DNA of 58,998 nucleotides from Bacillota bacterium (GTDB lineage: Bacteria; Bacillota; Clostridia; Oscillospirales; CAG-272), in contig JAQXSY010000030.1 in NCBI GenBank assembly GCA_029219205.1, forward strand, positions 1-58,998, written 5' to 3'. Shown piece by piece: positions 57,172 through 58,998 of the stretch; position 1 is the first letter of the stretch; every line of letters starts with the position of its first letter. The notes below the pieces were generated by a model. That model searched no databases and was not told the origin of the DNA. It saw only the letters and a program-made list of their open reading frames with translations. A program made the translations under genes and the position numbers.

Positions 57172-57344
57172 TAATCTTTCCTCCCACAAGATTAAAATGC
57201 TTTTCGGCAGCCAGTTTGTTCCTCTGAACCGGTCGGCGCCGCAACCGCTCCTATACGTGTACCCATTCGTTTAACCGTTAATCCCGTCTAATGTTCGGGA
57301 GGCTTTTTCTCGGATAAGCATAAGATATTACAAAATATTAATAA

Positions 57345-57446
57345 GGTAAAAAAATAAAGTCTTTTCGGGGGTCGATGAATTTTGTTCACATTTTTACGCT
57401 TATTGTGACATTTGTCGCCTCGCGTAAAGACAAATCGACCCTCGAC
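57345..57446 (-). promoter_or_regulatory. structured 5' leader element ending in a U-tract (possible attenuator or small RNA)
   Basis: On the minus strand, closing helix GGGTCGAT...ATCGACCC encloses two small hairpins (TTTGTC/GACAAA and TCACA/TGTGA). It is followed by TTTATTTTTTT. It begins about 10 nt after the predicted transcription start. Confidence 0.35.
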
Positions 57447-57460
57447 TTTTTTACTTATAA

Positions 57461-57489
57461 ATAATATCATATAAATAAATAATTGTCAA
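57461..57489 (-). promoter_or_regulatory. sigma-A type promoter for the 7-gene ABC locus
   Basis: On the minus strand: TTGACA (57484-57489), a 17-nt spacer, then TGaTATTAT (hexamer 57461-57466). Confidence 0.6.
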
Positions 57490-57824
57490 TAGCACAAATT
57501 TACGCGATTTCTCACGATAAATTAACACGCAATTCAAAAAACGGTCAAAAACACAGCCCCTTTTTATTCATAACCCCCCTTTCCAAAACTGCTGAAAAAC
57601 GTTTAATTTCGCCGTTTTTCGCGATATTTCGGGATTTCGGGCTACATTTGAAGTTAATTTTGCTGTATCTTTTTTTCTGACTAAACGCTTTCTCCGCTTC
57701 TTCTGAAAATACTGTTTTTCAAATCAAAAGCCTCGCTCGTGTGCATGTTGCACAATTTATGAACAAAAATTTCTACATAGAGAACAAACGCTGATTTTGT
57801 TTATTTTCCTTAGCTTGACAATCC

Positions 57825-57854
57825 GACATAGTAAATGATATAATTTAAAAACAA
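57825..57854 (+). promoter_or_regulatory. sigma-A type promoter for the HD-domain nucleotidase gene
   Basis: TTGACA (57825-57830), an 18-nt spacer, then TGaTATAAT (hexamer 57849-57854). AAGGAG RBS precedes the ATG at 57882. Confidence 0.6.
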
Positions 57855-57881
57855 AACCCAAAAAAGGAGCACCGAACAAAA

Positions 57882-58490
57882 ATGGCAGAGTCACAAAGCA
57901 GCTTTTATTCGATACTGTTCAGGCAGAAATACATAAAACGCTGGGGGCTTATGAACAGTGTGACGCCCGAAAATCTCTGTGAACACAGCGCCGAGACCGC
58001 GATACTTGCCCATGCGCTCGCAGTCATCGGCAACACATATTTCGGAAAAGACTACGATTGCGGACGCACGGCAGAGCTGGCGCTTTTCCACGACTCCGCC
58101 GAAGTTTACACCGGCGATCTGCCCACTCCGATAAAGTATTACAGTCCGGAAATGCGTAAGTCATACGCCAAAATCGAAAGCAATGCGCTGAACGCGCTTA
58201 TCGAAAAGCTTCCGCCGGAAATGCGCTCGGCATATTCAGAAACGCTTTTCAACACTAAAGAATCGGACGCCGGGCTTTGGATTCTTGTCAAAGCGGCCGA
58301 CAAGCTTGCGGCACACATAAAAGCGCTGACCGAAGTACGGGCAGGCAACGGAGAGTTTATACAGGCTCAGCGTACAACCCGTGAAGCCATGGACAAAATG
58401 GACTGTCCGGAGCTTATGTACTTCAGGGAACATTTTCTCGATGCGTTCGGACTGACGCTTGACGAGATGCAGATGAACTACACTTCATAA
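57882..58490 (+). CDS. HD-domain 5'-deoxynucleotidase (YfbR-like)
   Basis: 202 aa with HD-domain residues in EHSAETAILAHALA and LFHDSAEVYTGDLPTP. Confidence 0.82.
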   Translation: MAESQSSFYSILFRQKYIKRWGLMNSVTPENLCEHSAETAILAHALAVIGNTYFGKDYDCGRTAELALFHDSAEVYTGDLPTPIKYYSPEMRKSYAKIESNALNALIEKLPPEMRSAYSETLFNTKESDAGLWILVKAADKLAAHIKALTEVRAGNGEFIQAQRTTREAMDKMDCPELMYFREHFLDAFGLTLDEMQMNYTS

Positions 58491-58599
58491 TACGAGGCAT
58501 AGCCGCTGCATAGAATTAATAAAGAAAAAAATGAAATGATTTTTTATGCACAAATCCTCACTACTTCAAATTTCATTAAGATAAGGAACGGTCGCAGCT

Positions 58600-58998
58600 A
58601 TGCTCGGAATTTTTGACAGCGGTCTCGGCGGATTGACCGCGCTGAAGGAAATAAGAAAAAAGCTTCCCGGGGAGGAGCTTGTATATTTCGGCGACACCGG
58701 ACGCGTGCCGTACGGAACCAGGTCGCGCGATACGATAATCAAATACGCCGTTCAGGATATGGATTTTCTTATGAGCTTTGGCCCGCGTGCAATAATCGCC
58801 GCATGCGGCACCGTATCGACAACGGCTCTTCCGGTGCTCAGAGAGAAGTTCGACATACCGATAATCGGCGTTGTCGAAGGTGCGGTGGAAAGAGCCGCGC
58901 AGATAACCAAAAACGGAATTGTCGGGGTTATCGGAACGGCAGCAACAATAGGCACCAACGCTTTTGAAAAAGCGATAAAAGCCATAAATCCGGATATA
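58600..58998 (+). CDS. murI: glutamate racemase (N-terminal 133 codons; runs off the window)
   Basis: Absent from the ORF track because it is open at the edge. Translation MLGIFDSGLGGLTALKEI...YFGDTGRVPYGTRS...IIAACGTVST carries the MurI motifs, including the first catalytic Cys. Confidence 0.92.
   Translation, partial: MLGIFDSGLGGLTALKEIRKKLPGEELVYFGDTGRVPYGTRSRDTIIKYAVQDMDFLMSFGPRAIIAACGTVSTTALPVLREKFDIPIIGVVEGAVERAAQITKNGIVGVIGTAATIGTNAFEKAIKAINPDI

Noticed and set aside
57172-57189. TTG start at 57189 for the binding protein, ATG at 42789 for trmL and ATG at 44962 for the radical SAM gene, as given in the ORF track.
   Set aside because: Internal ATGs at 57171, 42858 and 44923 each have a proper GGAGG-type RBS at 6-8 nt. 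They give N-termini matching the family (a signal peptide, or a conserved start). The upstream extensions overlap an RBS, promoter or terminator hairpin.
57288-57680. Two small ORFs, 57288-57470 (minus strand, 60 aa) and 57483-57680 (plus strand, 65 aa), in the long intergenic region.
   Set aside because: Neither has a Shine-Dalgarno sequence. The first begins upstream of the predicted transcription start and spans the structured leader. The second starts inside the -35 element of the opposite promoter. Both have low-complexity, hydrophobic or basic composition.
57741-57753. Palindrome GTGCA-TGT-TGCAC about 75 nt upstream of the nucleotidase promoter, and tandem ATTTCGGG-ATTTCGGG at about 57625-57640.
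   Set aside because: These are short (5-bp arms and an 8-nt unit), single-copy, and plausible by chance in 690 bp. No cognate regulator gene is nearby.
1-58998. Search for tRNA, rRNA, CRISPR arrays, transposases, integrases, phage genes or recognisable defence systems.
   Set aside because: By eye I found no repeat-spacer periodicity, no tRNA-like T-arm (GGTTCGAATCC-type) in any intergenic gap, and no recombinase-like ORF. The window looks like stable core or accessory-metabolic chromosome. A tRNAscan, Infernal or PADLOC run would be needed to be certain.

Overview
This 59-kb window looks like chromosomal DNA from a Gram-positive anaerobe, probably Clostridia of the Oscillospiraceae/Ruminococcaceae type. 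That placement is inferred from gene content, T-box regulation and a cdaA-cdaR pair, and no search was possible. I call about 45 protein genes and find no rRNA, tRNA, CRISPR array, transposase or integrase. Housekeeping genes include alr, ftsK, secA, gnd, galK, cdaA/cdaR, trmL, murI (partial) and a four-subunit 2-oxoacid:ferredoxin oxidoreductase. Dispersed glycosidases include two GH29 fucosidases, one GH35 and one GH36-like enzyme. A translationally coupled MoxR-DUF58-transglutaminase triad is also present. Two things stand out. (1) A canonical T-box riboswitch at about 17619-17905 on the minus strand, whose specifier I read by hand as UAC (Tyr), sits behind a near-consensus promoter. It controls an AMP-forming acyl-CoA ligase and a small membrane protein rather than an aminoacyl-tRNA synthetase or amino-acid gene. 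(2) A compact 12-kb, seven-gene minus-strand locus lies at 45019-57171, bounded by a strong promoter and a terminator hairpin. It encodes a 1005-aa solute-binding protein with two tandem beta-sandwich modules, two complete ABC permease pairs, an NHL-propeller/TPR/Yip1 fusion membrane protein and a 1001-aa secreted protein of unknown function. No ATPase or regulator is encoded in it. I consider this locus the best candidate for an undescribed surface capture and uptake system. All family assignments rest on motifs read from the translations and need HMM or BLAST confirmation.
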